DNA of 64,000 bases from Scenedesmus sp. PABB004 (GCA_014905635.1 CM026547.1:2852001-2916000), one strand, 5' to 3'; positions 1-13,732 are shown, counted from the stretch's first letter. Numbers and translations are program-made. Notes: generated by a model from the sequence alone, not told the origin.

Positions 1-2576
1 GCGCGCGCCGCCGGGGCGCCCTCCTCCTCGACTCCCCTCTCGCGCGCTCCCCCGCGCGCGCGCGCCTGGTTGAAGCCGTCGTCCCAGGTGATCTGCACGG
101 CGTAGTTGCCGACCTGCGCAATGCTCAGCGGGCGCACGCCGTCGGGCACGGGCGCCGCGCCCGCGTCGGCCTCGCCCGTCCACTCGTTGAGGCTGCGCGC
201 GCTCGTGTCGTGCCGCCGCACGAGCGCAGGGTCCAGGTAGTACGGCGCGCTGGGCGCGCTGCCGCTGCCCGCCGCGCCGGGCAGCACGACGCGCAGCAGC
301 GCGGCGCCCTCGTCCCACGTCACGCCGTGGCGGTGCGACACTGCGAGCTTGGCCACCTCGCGCACCACCGTCGCGCCGAGCTCCATGAACGCCGCGCCCA
401 CCGGCCCCGCGGGGTCGCTCACCACCAGCGGCTGCCCGCCTGCGACCCAGCCGCGCGGCGCGGCGCGTCCGCCGCGCGCCGGCACCGGCGCCGCCCGCCC
501 GCGGCCGCTGCGCCCCCGTCGCGCCGCGCGCAGCGCCGCCGGGGCCCCCCGCCCCGCGCCCGCGCGCCCCGCGGCGCACCGTCGCCCGCGGCGGAGAGGT
601 CTGGCACGATGGGGAAGCGCACCAGGTGCTCGATGCCATAGTCGGCCTGGATGCGCGCGCCGCTGCCCTCGCCAAACGGCCGGTACCTGGCGCAGCGGTG
701 GCGGGGCGCGGCGGGGGCGGCGGCGGCGGGGCGCAGCGGGCTGTTTTGCGCGCGCGCACAGGGCGCAGGCAGGCGGCGGCGGCGGCGGCGGCGGCGGGCC
801 CCCGCGCGCTCGCGCGGGCGGCGCGCGGGGGCGCACCGCTTGCCGTCGTCGCCGTCGAAGAAGGCCATGTTCTCGACCACCGCGACGACGGGCACGGCGA
901 GCTTGGCAAACATGCGCACGCCCTTGGCGACGTCGACAAATGCGAGGCGCTGCGGCGTCGTGACGACGACGGCGGCGCTGAACGCGACGCTCTGGCAGAG
1001 CGTGAGCTGGATGTCGCCCGTGCCGGGGGGGAAGTCGACGACGAGGTAGTCCAGCGCGCCTTGTGCGAGTGTGCGTGTGTGTGGGGGGTGGGGGGTGGGG
1101 GGGGGGTGGTGTATGGTGGTCGGTGGAGGCGGCGGTGTGAAGGGAGGGGGGGGGCGGCGAGAGGAGGGAGGAGGCGCCTGCGGTGAGGGGGAGGGGCGGG
1201 CCGCCGCGGCCGCGCGCGGCGCCGCACCCCAGTCCGAGGTGGTGAGCAGCTGCTGGATGAGGCCCGAGACCATCGCGCCGCGCATGATCGCGCTGCCCTG
1301 GCCGGCGAAGCCAAAGCTCACGAGCTTGACCCCCAGGTACTCAGTCGGGCTGATCGCGCGCGTGGCGGGGTCCATCGCGAGGATGCGCAGCTCGGGGCGC
1401 ACCATCGTCGGCAGGCTGGGGCCGTACACGTCCGCGTCAAAGATGCCCACCTGCGCGCGGCGGCGGGGCCAGCGGCGCGGCGCGGGCGGCGCTTGAGCCG
1501 GCCGCGGCGGCGGCGGCCGCGGCTGCGCCGCGCCGGCCCCGCCCGGCCCCGCCCGGCCCTGCCCCGCCCCGTCCCGCCCTGCCCCCCCCCCCCCCCCCGC
1601 GCCGCGCCGCGCCGCGCCTTGGCCCCCATCTGCGCGAGCGTGTAGGCGAGGTTGACGGCGGTCGTGGACTTGCCGACGCCGCCCTTGCAGCTCGACACGG
1701 CGATCACGTGCCGCACGTCCTTCAGCCCCCCGGGGCGGCCGTTGTCGCCCGCGGTGATGGGCTTGGCCGGCTGGCTGCTGAGCTTGACGTCCACGCTCGT
1801 CACCCAGGGCAGCTCCTGCGCGGCCGCGCGCGCGCGCGGGCGGCGGTCGGCGCGGGGGGCGGCGACCCGCGGCGGCGGCGGGGCCAGCTGCCGCGCCGGC
1901 ACCGGCGCAACAACAGCGCCGGCTGCGAGGCGGCGGCGACTCACCCCCACGTACTGCGTCGCCTCGCGCTTGAACTGGTCCTTCACGGGGCAGGCGGGCG
2001 TGGTGAGCTCGAGCGTGAACGCGACCTCGCCCGACGCCGGCTCGACGCGCAGCGCCTTGACAAAGCCGCACGACACGATGTCCTCGCCAAAGTCGGGGTC
2101 GATGATGCGCCGCAGCGCGCCCAGCACCTCCTCCGCCGCGCCGCGCGCGTCCGGCTGCGGGCGCGGGCGCGCAAGGCGGGGCGGGGTGGGGCGCGGCGCG
2201 GGCGCGGCTGCAGCGCGGCGCCGCCGGGCCCGGCCAACAAACCGCCGGGGTCGCCGCCGCTCCCGCCGCCACGCAGCGCCGCCGCCGCTGCAGTTGCTGC
2301 TGCTGCTGCTGCTGCGGCCGCCCCGCGGGCGACGCCGGCGCCGACAGCGGCGCGGCGCAGGTGGTGCCCGCGCCTCGCCGCGCCGCCGCCGGCGCGGGCC
2401 TGCACCGCAGCTGCGTCACTGGAGCCACCTGAACCTGCAATTGAGCGCGGCGCGGCGGCGTCAGGCGGCGCGAGGCGGCGGCGGCAGCAGAGATGGCGCG
2501 CCGCGCCCGCCGCCGGGGCGCCACCGCGGCGCCTCACCGCGCGCAGCCCGGCTGGCCGCGCTCTGCGTAGCAGCAT
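1..2576 (-). CDS. HCF101: Chloroplast Fe-S cluster assembly factor HCF101 (DUF59 + Mrp/NBP35 P-loop ATPase + DUF971); multi-exon, 3' end runs off the window
   Basis: Exons encode LRRIIDPDFGEDIVSCGFVK...LELTTPACPVKD (DUF59), AVSSCKGGVGKSTTAVNLAY, DADVYGPSLP, DYLVVDFPPGTGDIQLTLCQ, VVENMAFF, and QVGNYAVQITWDDGFNQ near 65-115 (DUF971). Transit-peptide-like start MLLRRARPAGLRA at 2576. Confidence 0.93.
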
Positions 2577-2930
2577 GGTGCTCACGGCCACCGGCGTTGG
2601 CGCAGCCGGAGTGCGGTGGGGCAGCGGGGGCGCGAGTGCTGCTGCTGCTGCCCGCCGGCGCTGGCTGCGGGGCGCGACGGCGCGGGAGTCGAAGATCTGG
2701 TCGTCAACCGGCCCGCGTGATGCGTTTAGCCGGCTGCACCACGCTGACAAGTGAAGCTCGGCCGTCGCTGGCGCCCCCCCCCCGCACGCTGCCACCGCGA
2801 CGCGACTGTCCCACTCTGCCGCAAATCGCCGCAGGCGCAGCACCCGTGCGCACGCGGCCACACGCCGCGCCGCAGCAGCGCGGGCCCGCGGCGCCGCCGC
2901 TCCCTGCCCCGGCGGCCGCCGCCGCGCGCG

Positions 2931-5432
2931 ATGGAGCCGCTGGCGGACGCCTCCAACCTGCCGCCGCCGACTGCGGCGGAGCCGGCGGCCAAGCGCGCCC
3001 GGCTGTCGCAGCTCGGCGCGCCGACGTTTGAGCGCGTGGTGCGCGCGCGGCGCGCGCCGGCCGCGCCACGCGCCCCGGCGCTCGCCGCCGCAGCCCGTCG
3101 CGACCGCCGCCGGCGGCCCCGGCGCAGGTGGAGCGCGCGGGCATCCGGGGCCTGCTGCCGGGCGCCGGCGCCGGCGGCGCCGGCGGGCCGCCAGAGGTGG
3201 ACGACCCGCGCGCGGCGCGGCGGCAGCTCGCGGCCGACCTGGGCGCGCCGCCCGCGCGCGAGGCCTTCCTGGCCAGCCTGGGCGAGGCGCTGGCGGCGTC
3301 GGAGGAGCTGCTGCACCGCTGCCTGCTGCCCATCGCCGTCACCGTGCAGGCGTGCCGGCAGCGGCGGCGCGGCAGCGCGCGCGGCGCCGGCGCCGCCGCT
3401 CGAGCGCCGCCGCTTAAGCGCCGCTCGAGCGCCGCCCGAGCGCGCACGCCGTCGCCGCCGCCGCCGCCGCTGCGCGTGGCGCAGGTGACGTACGCGACCG
3501 GCGACAGCCTCATGCGCATGCTGCTCAACCTGCCGGCGCTGCAGCAGCCCGTGGCGACGCTGCTGCTGCACAAGCTGCCGGAGTTCAGCCAGGCAGAGTA
3601 CGACGAGCCCGGCGGCGCCGGCGGCAGCAGCAGCACGCCGGGCCTCATCCTCGGCCAGCTGCGCTGGTGCGCGCGCGGCGCGGGGGCGGCGCCGCGCGCG
3701 GCGGCGGCGCGGCGGCCCACGCCTGCGGCGCCTCGCCCGCGCGGCGCGGCGCGCAGGCTCGAGGTGGTGGCCGACCCGGCGGCGCTGACCGCGACGGTGC
3801 TGGAGGTGCTGCCCGTGTGCTCGCCGCCCGTGCAGCAGCAGCTCATCGGCTTCCTGCCGGAGGTGGTGCTGCCGAGCGACCACGAGGTGCGCCGCCGCCC
3901 CGCACTGCGAGGGCCGCGTGCCGCACAGCGCTCGCGTCCGCCGCCTGACGCCGCCGCCGCCGCCGCCGCCGCTGGCGCCCGCGTGGCGCAGCGCGTGGTA
4001 GAGCAGCTGCAGGGCCTGCTGGAGCAGGACCTGTCCTTCACGGCGGCCATCATCGACTGCGTCAGCAGCATGCAGCTCGAGCAGGCGCTGCAGGCACGCG
4101 CGCGGCCGCCGGGCGGGCGAGAAAAGGGCGGCGCGCCGCCCTCGGGCTGGCCGGCCGGCTGGCGCCGACGTGCGCGGCCGTCGTGCGGCTTGCAGGACCG
4201 CGTGCTGGCGCTGCTGCTCGCCGCGCTGCCGGCGGTGGAGGTGGAGGACGTGCCGGGCCTCGTGCGCTGCCTTGTCGGCAGCGCGACGCAGGCCAACGCG
4301 GAGCAGACGCTCGCGGCGATACGCTCGCACCTGCACTTTGTCAGCCCGTCGGACCCGCGCCTCGCAGGCGCGCCAGGGGCGGGCAGGGCCGGCTGGCAGG
4401 TCGCCGGCCGCCCCGCGAGCCTGCGCTGACGCGGGCGCGCCTGTGCCGCCGCGCCGCCGCTGCAGTGCCCGACCGCAAGCAGAAGGGTGCGGCGCGGCCC
4501 GGCGGCCGCAGCCCCGAGGCGCTGCTGGTCAAGGAGCTGGTCGCCGCGCTGCAGGGCAGCGAGCACGCCGCGGCCGCCTGCCTCAAGCTCGAGGCGGGCC
4601 TCACGGGTGGGCGCGCGCGGCGCGCTGGTCAGCACGCGGCGCCGCGAGGCTGGCGCGGCCGCTGACGCGCGCGCGCGAGCCGCCGGCGCCGCGCGCAGAG
4701 CCGGGCGCGCACCGCGTCTTCGACCTGGTCGCGCTGCTGGCGCTGCACGCCAAGGGCGGCGCGGCGCGCAAGGCGGCGGAGGCGTGCCTGCGCCGCAAGC
4801 TGGTCGACGGCCATGCCACGCCCGCCTGGCTGAGCCGCGCGCTGCACAACCACCAGGTGCGGGGCGGCGGGGGCGCCCCCGCTCGTGCGGCGCCGCCGCC
4901 GCCGCCGCCGCCGCCGCCCAGCGCGGGCGCCGCGCCCGCCGCGTCCGCCGCAGGCCAGCTACCAGGAGCTCTGGCCCTCCCTGCTCGCGCTCGCGGAGGG
5001 CTGGAGCCGCGCGCGCGAAGCGCCGCTGGGGGGCGCCGCGCAGACGCTGTACGTCAGCCTCTTTGTCGGCGCCGGCGCGAGCCTGGAGCGGCAGCAGGTG
5101 CTGCAGGCGCTGCACGGCCACCTCGGCTCGGGCGTGCCCGGGGAGCAGGACGTCGCGTTGCAGGTGGGCGCGCGCGCGCGGGCGCGCCGTGGCGCGCTGA
5201 GCCCGCCGCCGCGGGCGTGACCGCGCGACCGCGCCCGCGCCGCCGCCGTCGCACGCGCGCGCGCAGGCGCTGTCCACGCTCGCGACGTCGCACCGCGGGC
5301 TGCTGTCGGCGTACAGCAGCTACCTCGCCAACGTGCTGGACCACCTGGAGGGCTTCTCTGACGCGCAGCTGCGGCAGGTGTTTGGCATGTTTGCCGCGCT
5401 CACCGCGCTGCAGCCCGCGGGCAGCGGCGGCT

Positions 5433-5467
<35 letters not shown>

Positions 5468-8400
5468 GACGGCGGCACGCGGCTGCAGGACGAGCTGGTC
5501 ATTGTGCTCAATAAAGCCCTCGCCCAGGGCTGCGCCGCGTACAAGCGCATTGGCGTGGTCGGCAGCCTCGCGCTGCTGCGCCAGCAGGCCGCCGACTGGC
5601 ACCTCGTCGGCGACGCCGCCGGCGAGGCGGCGGGTGCGCGCGCGCGGCGGGGAGCCCGCCGCCGGCTGCGCCCGCGCGGAGGCCGCGCCCGCGCGGAGGC
5701 CGCGCCCGCGCGGGCTCACGCCGCCGCCCGTCCCCCGCTCGCCGCCAGGCGCGCTGCTGGACGCGTGGGTCGCGCGCGCCGAGGCGGTGTTTGCGCAGTG
5801 TGCGGGCCACCCGGGCGCGCTGGCGTTTGCGATGGACCAGTGGGCAGACATGCTCGAGGCGCCCGCCGCGCGCCCGCCCGGCGCCGCGCCCGGCGCGGGC
5901 GGCGCGGCCGCGCCCGCGTGGCCGCGGCCGATGCTGGACTGGCTGCACGACAAAGTCCAGGCGCGTGCGCACGGCTCCCGCTCCCGCCGCGCCGCGCCCG
6001 GCGCGCCGCGCCGCCCCCGCCGCCGACGCGCGCGTCTGCGCCCGCGTGCCCGCGCGCTCGTCCTGTCACCCCCCCCCCCCTTCGCCGCCTGCCTCGCAGG
6101 AGGTCATGAACGCCGTCTTCATCGCCGACCTCTGCCCGCCGGAGCTGAGCCAGGGCAGCGAGGCGGCGGAGGGCCCGCCGCCGGCGCCGGCCATCGAGCT
6201 CGCCGACCCCGCGCTGCGCGGCGCGCTGTGGGCCAACCTCGACGGCCGGTTCAGCCCCGTGTACCTGCAGGTGCTGCCGCTCGCGGTGTGCCCCGACCCC
6301 GGCCGGCGGCTGGCGCTCGCGTGGATGCCGGCGGGGCTGCGCCTGCTCGCGGCGGTGCTGCAGGCGGTGGAGCCGGGCAACCTGAGCGGCATCGACGCGC
6401 TGCTGGGCTGCCCGCTCGCGCTGCCGGACCCCGCGCACTTCACCGACGGCACCTGGGACGGCCTGCCCCTCGCGTCCAAGGCCGGCGCGCTCGCGGCGCT
6501 GCAGCACGCGGTCTGCTGGCTGCGCGAGGTCGTCGCCGTGTTTGCGCCGGGCGTGGGCGCGGGCGTCGCGGCGGCCGCGGCCGGCGGCGCCGACGCGACG
6601 CAGACCACGTGCGTGGCGCGGCGCGCGCGCGGGGCGTGGCGTGGCCGCGCAGGCGCGCGCGGGCGGCGCTCACCCCCTCCCCCTGCCTTGGCGCGCGGCG
6701 CGCAGGCTGGAGTGCGTGGCGGACACGCAGAACAAGCTGCTCATGCGCCTGTCCCAGCTGCGCATGCTGGAGGCGCTGTACGCCCACCTCGCCGTCACCT
6801 GCCCCGCTGCCGCGGCGGCGCTGCCCGACCTCTCGCGCCCGCTGCACGCCGCGCCCGGCGGCGCCGGCGCCGGCGCGGCGACCGTGGCGGCGGCCGCGGC
6901 GGCGCTCCGGCGGGCGGCCCCCGCCAGCGGCGCCGCCGGCGCGGGTGGCAAGGGCGGCAACGCGGCCGGCGGCGAGGCGCCCGCGGTGACGTGCGTTGCG
7001 CCGCGCGCGCGCGCGCGCGCGCGCGCGCGGGGAGGGGGCCAGGGAGGGGGCACGTGGGGGGCCCGCGCGGCGCGGCGGCTCGGCCGCAGCTCACGCGCCC
7101 CCCGCCCCGGCCCGGCCGCAGGGCCGCCGACGCGCTGGCGCGGCTGCGCTGCCTGCGCCCGGCGGCGGCGCACGCGCTCAACATGTGCCTGCCGCCCCAA
7201 ATGCTGCTCGCTGGCCTGCTGCCCGCCGCGCACCTCGCGGCCGACCTGCACGCAAAGCTCAAGCTCCTGGTCACCCGCGCGCGGCGGCCGGCGGGGCTCG
7301 GGCCGCCCGCGCCCGCGCCGCCGGGCGGCGGGGGCTTCCCGGGCCTGGGCGGCGCGCCCGGCGCGCGGCCGCCCGGCGGCGCGGCGGGCCCGCCCTGCCT
7401 GCAGGGCGTGGGCCTGCCCGCGCTGGTGGCGCAGCTGGCGCCGCTGCTGCCGGCGCTGGCGCAGCACCTGTCCACCGCGCTGACCGCCATCAGGCTGCCG
7501 CCAGCCAGCGACAGCGACTGCCTCTTTGACGGTGCGCCCGGGCGCCCCCGCCCCCTCCCCTCGGGCTGCCGCCGCGGGCGCGCCCCGCCACAGCGCGCGC
7601 CCGCTTGCCCACCCGCGCCCGGCCGCCGGCGGCCGCAGGCCTGCCCGGCGTGGGCGGCCCGGTCGAGGCGGCGCTGCTGCAGGTCCCCGCGGTGGCCGAG
7701 GTCGTGCAGCTCGGCCCCGCGGCGCACGCGCTGGCGCAGGCATGCCTGCAGTGCTTCACGCTGCTGCTGGGCTGCCGGCAGGAGCTGCAGCCCGCGCTCG
7801 TGCAGCAGGTGCTCACGGCGCTGGCGCCGCAGCACCAGGCGGCGGCGGGAACGGACGCGCAGCAGCAGGTGCGGCGGCGCCGCCGCCGATGGCGGCCCCG
7901 GCGGCGCGCTGGGCCGCTCGCCGCCGGCGCCGCTGCGCTCACACGCCAGACCCCCGGCCGCCGCCGGCGCCGCGGCAGGCCGCGCTGATCACGTCCGCCT
8001 TCAAGGCCTGCCGGCGCTTCTCCTGTCTGCGCAGCGGCGGCAGCACGCTGTCGCTCGAGCTGGGCGTGCTGCAGCTCGTGCAGGCCGTGACGGCCGCGGC
8101 GGCCGCGGCGGCGCTGCCGGCGGCGACGGTCGCCAAGATGGGTGAGAAGCTGTCAGAGGCGGCCGACAAGCTGCTGCAGGAGCGCTGGGCGCCGGAGGAC
8201 GAGGCCGCGGAGGGCGCCAAGGGTGCGCGCGCCGCGGCGCTGCCCGGCGTGCTGCCGCCCGCGGCCGGGCGCCGCGTGCGCGCCCGCCTCCGCGCGCCAG
8301 CCGCGGCCACACCGCGCCGCGCCCCCCGCGCAGGCGGCTTCAGCTGGAAGGGCCAGGCCCCCGCGATCACGCAGCTGCTGGGCGTGCTGGTCAGCTGCGC

Positions 8401-9149
8401 GCCCGACCCGTCGCAGCGGCTCGCCGCGCTCGCGGACGCCGTGCTGCCGCCGGTGCCGGCCAAGGCGCCCGCCAAGGACGCGCTGCAGCCCTGCTCCGGC
8501 TACCCGGCGCTCTGCTCCGCCACCTTTGTGACCTGGTACAAGTGAGGCCCGCGCGTGGGGCGCGGCGCGCGGGCGCACGTGGTCGGGGCCGCGGCGCGCG
8601 AGCGGCGCGGCGGGCGCGGGCCCCTGAGGAGCCCTGCGCGCGTGGCCTCCGCGCCAGGGTGGTGTTCGAGCAGCTCGTGGCGCACTGGGAGAAGCTGGTG
8701 GCGCGCGGCATGGCCGGCCTGCCCGGCGGCGTGGGCGGCGGCGGCGGGCGCGCCGGGCGGGGCGGCCCGCGCGGCGCGCCGCCCGGCACCCAGGGCGGCC
8801 CCGGCTGGGACGGCGCCGCCGGCGACGCGCTGCTCGCCGAGGCGGGGCGCTGCTGCGCGGTGTTTGCGGCGCTCGTGGGCCTCACGCGCGAGCACCACGC
8901 GCGCAGCGGGCTGCTCGCGGCCGCGGTGCGCAGCGGCGGCGCCTTCATCGACGGCCTGCTGCGGGGCATGCCCCTCTGGCGCGCCCTCTACGCGGGCGGG
9001 CACGCCGACGCGTTCACGGCGCTGCTGCGCGACGTGCAGCGCGGCACCAAGAAGCTGCAGGCGCGGCACGGGGCGCCGCGGGGGCGGGGCGGCGCGCAGG
9101 GCGCCCGCCGCCTGTGCGCGCGCCCGGCCCCTGCGCGCCGACCCACAGC

Positions 9150-9180
<31 letters not shown>

Positions 9181-9554
9181 GCGTCGGCGCACAGACCATC
9201 TGCAACGAGGGCAAGGCGCAGCGCGCGGGCGCGCTGCTGAGCCGCGCGCCCGCCGCGAAGCGCAGCCTCGAGCGCTTTGTGTTTGAGGTCAAGGCCTTCT
9301 TCCACGAGGCCGGCGCGCCGCACGCGTTCTGGTTCGGCAGCCTCAAGCACCGCGACCTCTCCGGCAACTGCGTCGGCTCCCAGGTGCGCAGCGGGGCGCC
9401 GCCCGCCGCCCCCCTGTGCGCGCGCGCGCGGGCCCGCGCCGCCGTGCTGAGGGGGCGCGGGCGGGGCTGCGCGCGGCCGCTGCGGCGGCGCGCCGCAGAT
9501 CTTCCCGCAGGACAACGACGACGAGGAGGACGAGGACGACGGCGGCGGCGGCTT

Positions 9555-9588
<34 letters not shown>

Positions 9589-9615
9589 GCGGACGAGGGC
9601 AGCGTCGCGGCGTGA
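2931..9615 (+). CDS. FANCD2: Fanconi anemia group D2 protein homolog; many exons
   Basis: Motifs LLLHKLPEF, LILGQLRWLE, QQLIGFLPEVV and DELVIVLNKALAQGCAAYKRIGVVG (resembles the region holding the monoubiquitinated Lys). C-terminal KRSLERFVFEVKAF...FWFGSLKHRDLSG, then an acidic tail and TGA at 9613-9615. Confidence 0.9.
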
Positions 9616-10206
9616 GGCGGTTAACACTGGCTGCGTGATGCGACGCGTGCACACACACACGCACACCATGCCCGCCGCGCACCCGCTGCCCGCGCGCCAG
9701 CATCGCAGAGTAGTGATCGGCCGTTGGTTGCCCGCGGCGGCGCGGCGCGTGCGCGCCCGTCGCTGCCCGCGTTCGCTCAGCCCTCGCGCGGGGGCGGCAG
9801 AATGTCGCCGCCCGCCCGGCCGCGCACTCCAGCTCGCGGGCACTGCCCGCAAATGCGTACGTACACACGGCTCGCCTCGCACCCTCAGAGCGCTGCCAAA
9901 AATGAGGCCCGCGTGCGTTCGTCCCACGTCCGCGCGGGGCCGGCACGTGCCCCGCCGGCCGCCACCGCAAGCCAAGTCGGTCAAACGCAGGGCCCTGCAC
10001 AACAACAACATGCAAGTGCTGCACACGCACGCGGCGAGAGCAACGCCCGGCGGCCCGTGGGCGGCCGAGCAGGGGTCGCACAGCAGCACAGAGAGAGACT
10101 GGGAACTCGGCCCGCGCGTCCGAACGGCCGCCGCCCCGCCCCGCCGCCCGCCATTCTTCCGGCCCGCCCGCCCCCGCGTCGAGGTGGCCGGCGCCGCGTG
10201 AGGCGC

Positions 10207-10422
10207 TCACGCGACGGTGAGCACGTTGACGGTGTTGCCCTCCTCGTCGTCCTCCGTGGGCCAGTCGGCGGCGAGGCGCCACTCGTTGTCCACCAGGAAC
10301 TTCACGCGGTAGCTGCCCGGACGCAGCGTCAGCGTGCCCTCAAACCTGGCGCGCGGCGGGCGGGCGTGGGCGCGGGCGCGGGCCGGAGAGCGCGGCGGCG
10401 CGGCGCGCCGCTGCGCAGCCGC

Positions 10423-10456
<34 letters not shown>

Positions 10457-12157
10457 GCACCTGCTGTAGACGCTGTCCGACGTGACGTCCTCTGCGCTGA
10501 GCTCGTGGCCGCGCGTCCAGTCGTCAAAGTCGCCCATCACCCGCACCTCGCTCGCGACGCCGATCCACTCCACCGGCACCTGCCGCGCGACGCGCAGCCC
10601 AAACTCCTGCCGCTGCTCCAGCACCGCCTGAGCGCGCGCGGGCGGGCGCGGGCGGGCGGGCGCGTCGGCGGCCGCGCCGGCAGCGCGCGCGCGCGCGTGG
10701 CGCGGCGCCGCCCCGCCCCGCCCCGCCCCGCGCCGCCCCGTCCCGCCGCGGCGCCGCACCTGCTCGAGCGTGCTGAGTCGCTCCTGGAGCTTGCTGATCT
10801 TGTCGAGCGCGTCCTGCGGGTCGACGCCAAACTGCACCGCCGCCGCGGTGCTCGCGGCGAGGCGGCTCGTGGTGCCAAACTCCATGGCGACCTGCTTGAG
10901 CAGCTCGTACGCGGCCATGAGGTCGCTGTTGGACCGCGCGAGCTGGGCCTCGACGACGTCGATGTGGGCGTTGGACTCGCCGAGGCGCTTGCTGAGCTTG
11001 TTGTGCGCGACCACGAGCTGGTCGTACATGCGGATGTCGATCGTCTTGGGCGCGTTAGCGTAGTAGGGGCTCGCCGGCGCGCTCGCCGCGACGAGCGCCT
11101 GGCGCGACACCGCCGACGCCGCCTGCAGCGCCTCGAGCTTCTCCCGCGCCGACAGCCCCGCGAGCTCCGCCGCGCCCGGCAGCGGCGGCGGCGCCGGCGC
11201 CGCCGGCGGCGGCGGCGGCTGCGGCGCCGCCGGCTGCGGCGGCGGCAGCGACGACTCCAGCGGCGGCAGCGACACCTCCGCCGGCGGCGGCGCGAGCGGC
11301 GCGGGCGCGGGCGCCGACGCGACGTCGGCGCTCGCGGCGGCGCGCGGCACGACGGTGCCGCCGTAGTCAAAGCCCGACGTCGGGCTCACGCCGTACGCGC
11401 GCAGCGGCGACGTCGCCATGCTGCCGCCGCCCATGCGCGCGCCGGCGCCGCCCGCGCCGATCGCGGCGGCCGAATAGGGCCCGCCCGCCGCGCCGCCGGT
11501 GCTGTACGCGGCGGCCGCGGCCGCGGCGGCCGCGGGCGGCACAAACGCCGCCGGCGCCGCGGCGCCGGCGGCGAGGCGCGACGGCGCCGCCGCGCCCGCG
11601 CGCGCGCCGCCCGGCGCCGCCGCCTGCTCTCGCGCGCGCCGCGCCGCCTGCATGCTGGGCAGGCGCGCCGCGAGCTCCGCGCTGGTGAAGCTGATGGACT
11701 CCTGGATGTACGTCTGCCGCGCGCCGCCGCCAGCCTCGCCGTCGCGCGAGGCGGTGGCCGGGCTCGCGCTCGCGCTCGCGCCGCGCGCGCCGCCGGGCAT
11801 GAACACCTGCGCGGGCCGCGGGGGTGGGCGGGGGCGGACGGGCAACGCGGCGCGGGTGAGGCGTGGGCGCGGGGGCGGCCCGGGGGCGGCGACGCGACGG
11901 CGCCGGCCGCGGCAGCAGCGGCGGATAGCGCCCCGCGCGCGCCGGCCGGCGCCGGGCCCCCTGGCGCACGGCGCGCCCCGCGGCGCCGTCCCGGGTCGCG
12001 CGCCGCGGCGGCCACGCACCTGGGCGCTCAGGTCGCGGGCGCGCGGCCGCCCGGGCGCCGCGCGGGCGGGCAGCGCGGGGCTGCTGCTGCCGGGCGCGCG
12101 CCGCGTCGGGCCGGCCGCCTGGGCCGGCCCGGGCGGGCGCGTGATGGCGCTGTGCAT
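10207..12157 (-). CDS. PTST1: PROTEIN TARGETING TO STARCH 1-like: coiled coil + C-terminal CBM48 (AMPK1_CBM)
   Basis: Coiled-coil segment (LVVAHNKLSKRL...ALDKISKLQERLSTLEQ), then VPVEWIGVASEVRVMGDFDDW...LTLRPGSYRVKFLVDNEWRL...NVLTVA. Transit-peptide-like N-terminus. Confidence 0.8.
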
Positions 12158-12556
12158 TGGAGGATGCGCGACGGGCGCTGGCGCTGGCCCAGGGCGCAGG
12201 GGGGGAGGCTTCGCGAGCTGGTGGGTTGCGCCTGCGCGTGCGCGCCGCAGGCCGATCCCGGCACGTAGGCCGCTTCCTGGAACCGTCAATGCACTGGGTC
12301 CGGGCGCAGGCCGGCGCGACGACGCCGGGACAGGCCGGTGTTGCGGTGGTGCGAGGCGGTGCTGCCGCGCGGGGCGTGGCGCCCGATAGCGGCGTGGCGC
12401 GGTGGCAGGTCGCTGTCGGTGACAGTGGCGCTCCCGGCGCGCGCGCGCGACGGCGCTTCGCGCTTCGCGCCGCGGATGAGGTGCAAGGCATCGGCCGCAG
12501 GTCTTCCCGCTGCGGCAATTGTGTCGCACACGGGACGGGCCAGTCGTGCCGCCGCG

Positions 12557-13333
12557 ATGCTGCTGTCACGTTCCGGGATGCTGCGACCGGCCGCGGCGCA
12601 GCAGCGCGCCGGGGCGGCGGCGCCGCTGCTGCGGCCGCCGCTGCCGCCGGCGCTCACGGCGCCGCCGCGCCGGCGGCGGGCCGCGCCCGTGTGCGGCGCG
12701 CGGCGGCGGAGCAGCCCGGTGTCGGAGGGGCTGGCGCTGGTGCTGGAGGACGAGCTCAAGGTGGAGAAGGAGCGCTACCGCACGCCCGACGCGGTGCTCG
12801 GCGGCCCGCCGTGCGGCTTTGAGCTCGAGGACCGCCCCAACTCCAACCTCTTGCTCCTCAGCCGCCGCTTCGGCGGCGAGGAGGTGCTGGTGGAGGTGGA
12901 CCTGGACGCGCAGCACGACGACGGCGACGAGGGCGAGTTTGGGGAGGAGGACGACGACGACGAGGACGGCGGCGCGCTGCCGCCGGTCACGTTCCTCGTC
13001 AGCATCGCCAAGGGCGGCGCGGTGCTGGGGTTCAGCTGCGAGACGGCGGGCGAGGACGTCGCGATCACGCACATCAGCCTCAACGACGCCCCGCTCGGCG
13101 GCGGCGAGGGCGAGGGCGAGGACGGCGAGGACGACGACGACGACGCGCCGCCGTACACGGGGCCGCTGTTCACGGAGCTCGACGACACGCTGCAGCAGGC
13201 GTTTGCCGACTACCTGGAGGAGCGCGGCGTGAACGCGGAGCTGGGCGCGTACCTGGTGGAGCTGGTGCACGACAAGCTCGAGGTCGAGTACATGAGCTGG
13301 CTCACGCGCGTGCAGGCGTTCGTGCAGGGCTGA
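12557..13333 (+). CDS. Mitochondrial acidic glycoprotein, MAM33/p32 family
   Basis: Arg-rich presequence, acidic body, and YTGPLFTELDDTLQQAFADYLEERGVNAELGAYL...EYMSWL C-terminus typical of MAM33. Confidence 0.88.
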   Translation: MLLSRSGMLRPAAAQQRAGAAAPLLRPPLPPALTAPPRRRRAAPVCGARRRSSPVSEGLALVLEDELKVEKERYRTPDAVLGGPPCGFELEDRPNSNLLLLSRRFGGEEVLVEVDLDAQHDDGDEGEFGEEDDDDEDGGALPPVTFLVSIAKGGAVLGFSCETAGEDVAITHISLNDAPLGGGEGEGEDGEDDDDDAPPYTGPLFTELDDTLQQAFADYLEERGVNAELGAYLVELVHDKLEVEYMSWLTRVQAFVQG

Positions 13334-13732
13334 GCCGGCGCGGCGCGCGCCGCGCGGCCGCGGGCGCGCGGCCGGCGGGCGCGCGGCCGGCGGCGGGCGG
13401 CAGCGGGCGGCAGCGGGCTCGGCGCCCCTCGGACGCGCGCGGCGCGCGCGGCGCGCGGGCAGCTGCTGCGACGGCAGCTGGGAGTGCTGGTGCGGAGGTC
13501 GCTCGCGGCCGCAGCGCACGGTCCGGTCGCTCCGAACAGGCGCGGGGCGGCGAGGTTTGCCAGAGCCGCGCCACGGAACCTCGGCTGGGGGCGGGTTTGG
13601 CGGCGCCATCCTGCGCTGCGCATGTGACTGACAGAGAGGCTCCGCTGTCGCCCTGCACCCCCGGGCAGCGTTCAACGAGCAGCACGCAGACCCAGCGCCC
13701 AGCAGCGCCCGCGATCACCGCGCACCAGCGCT

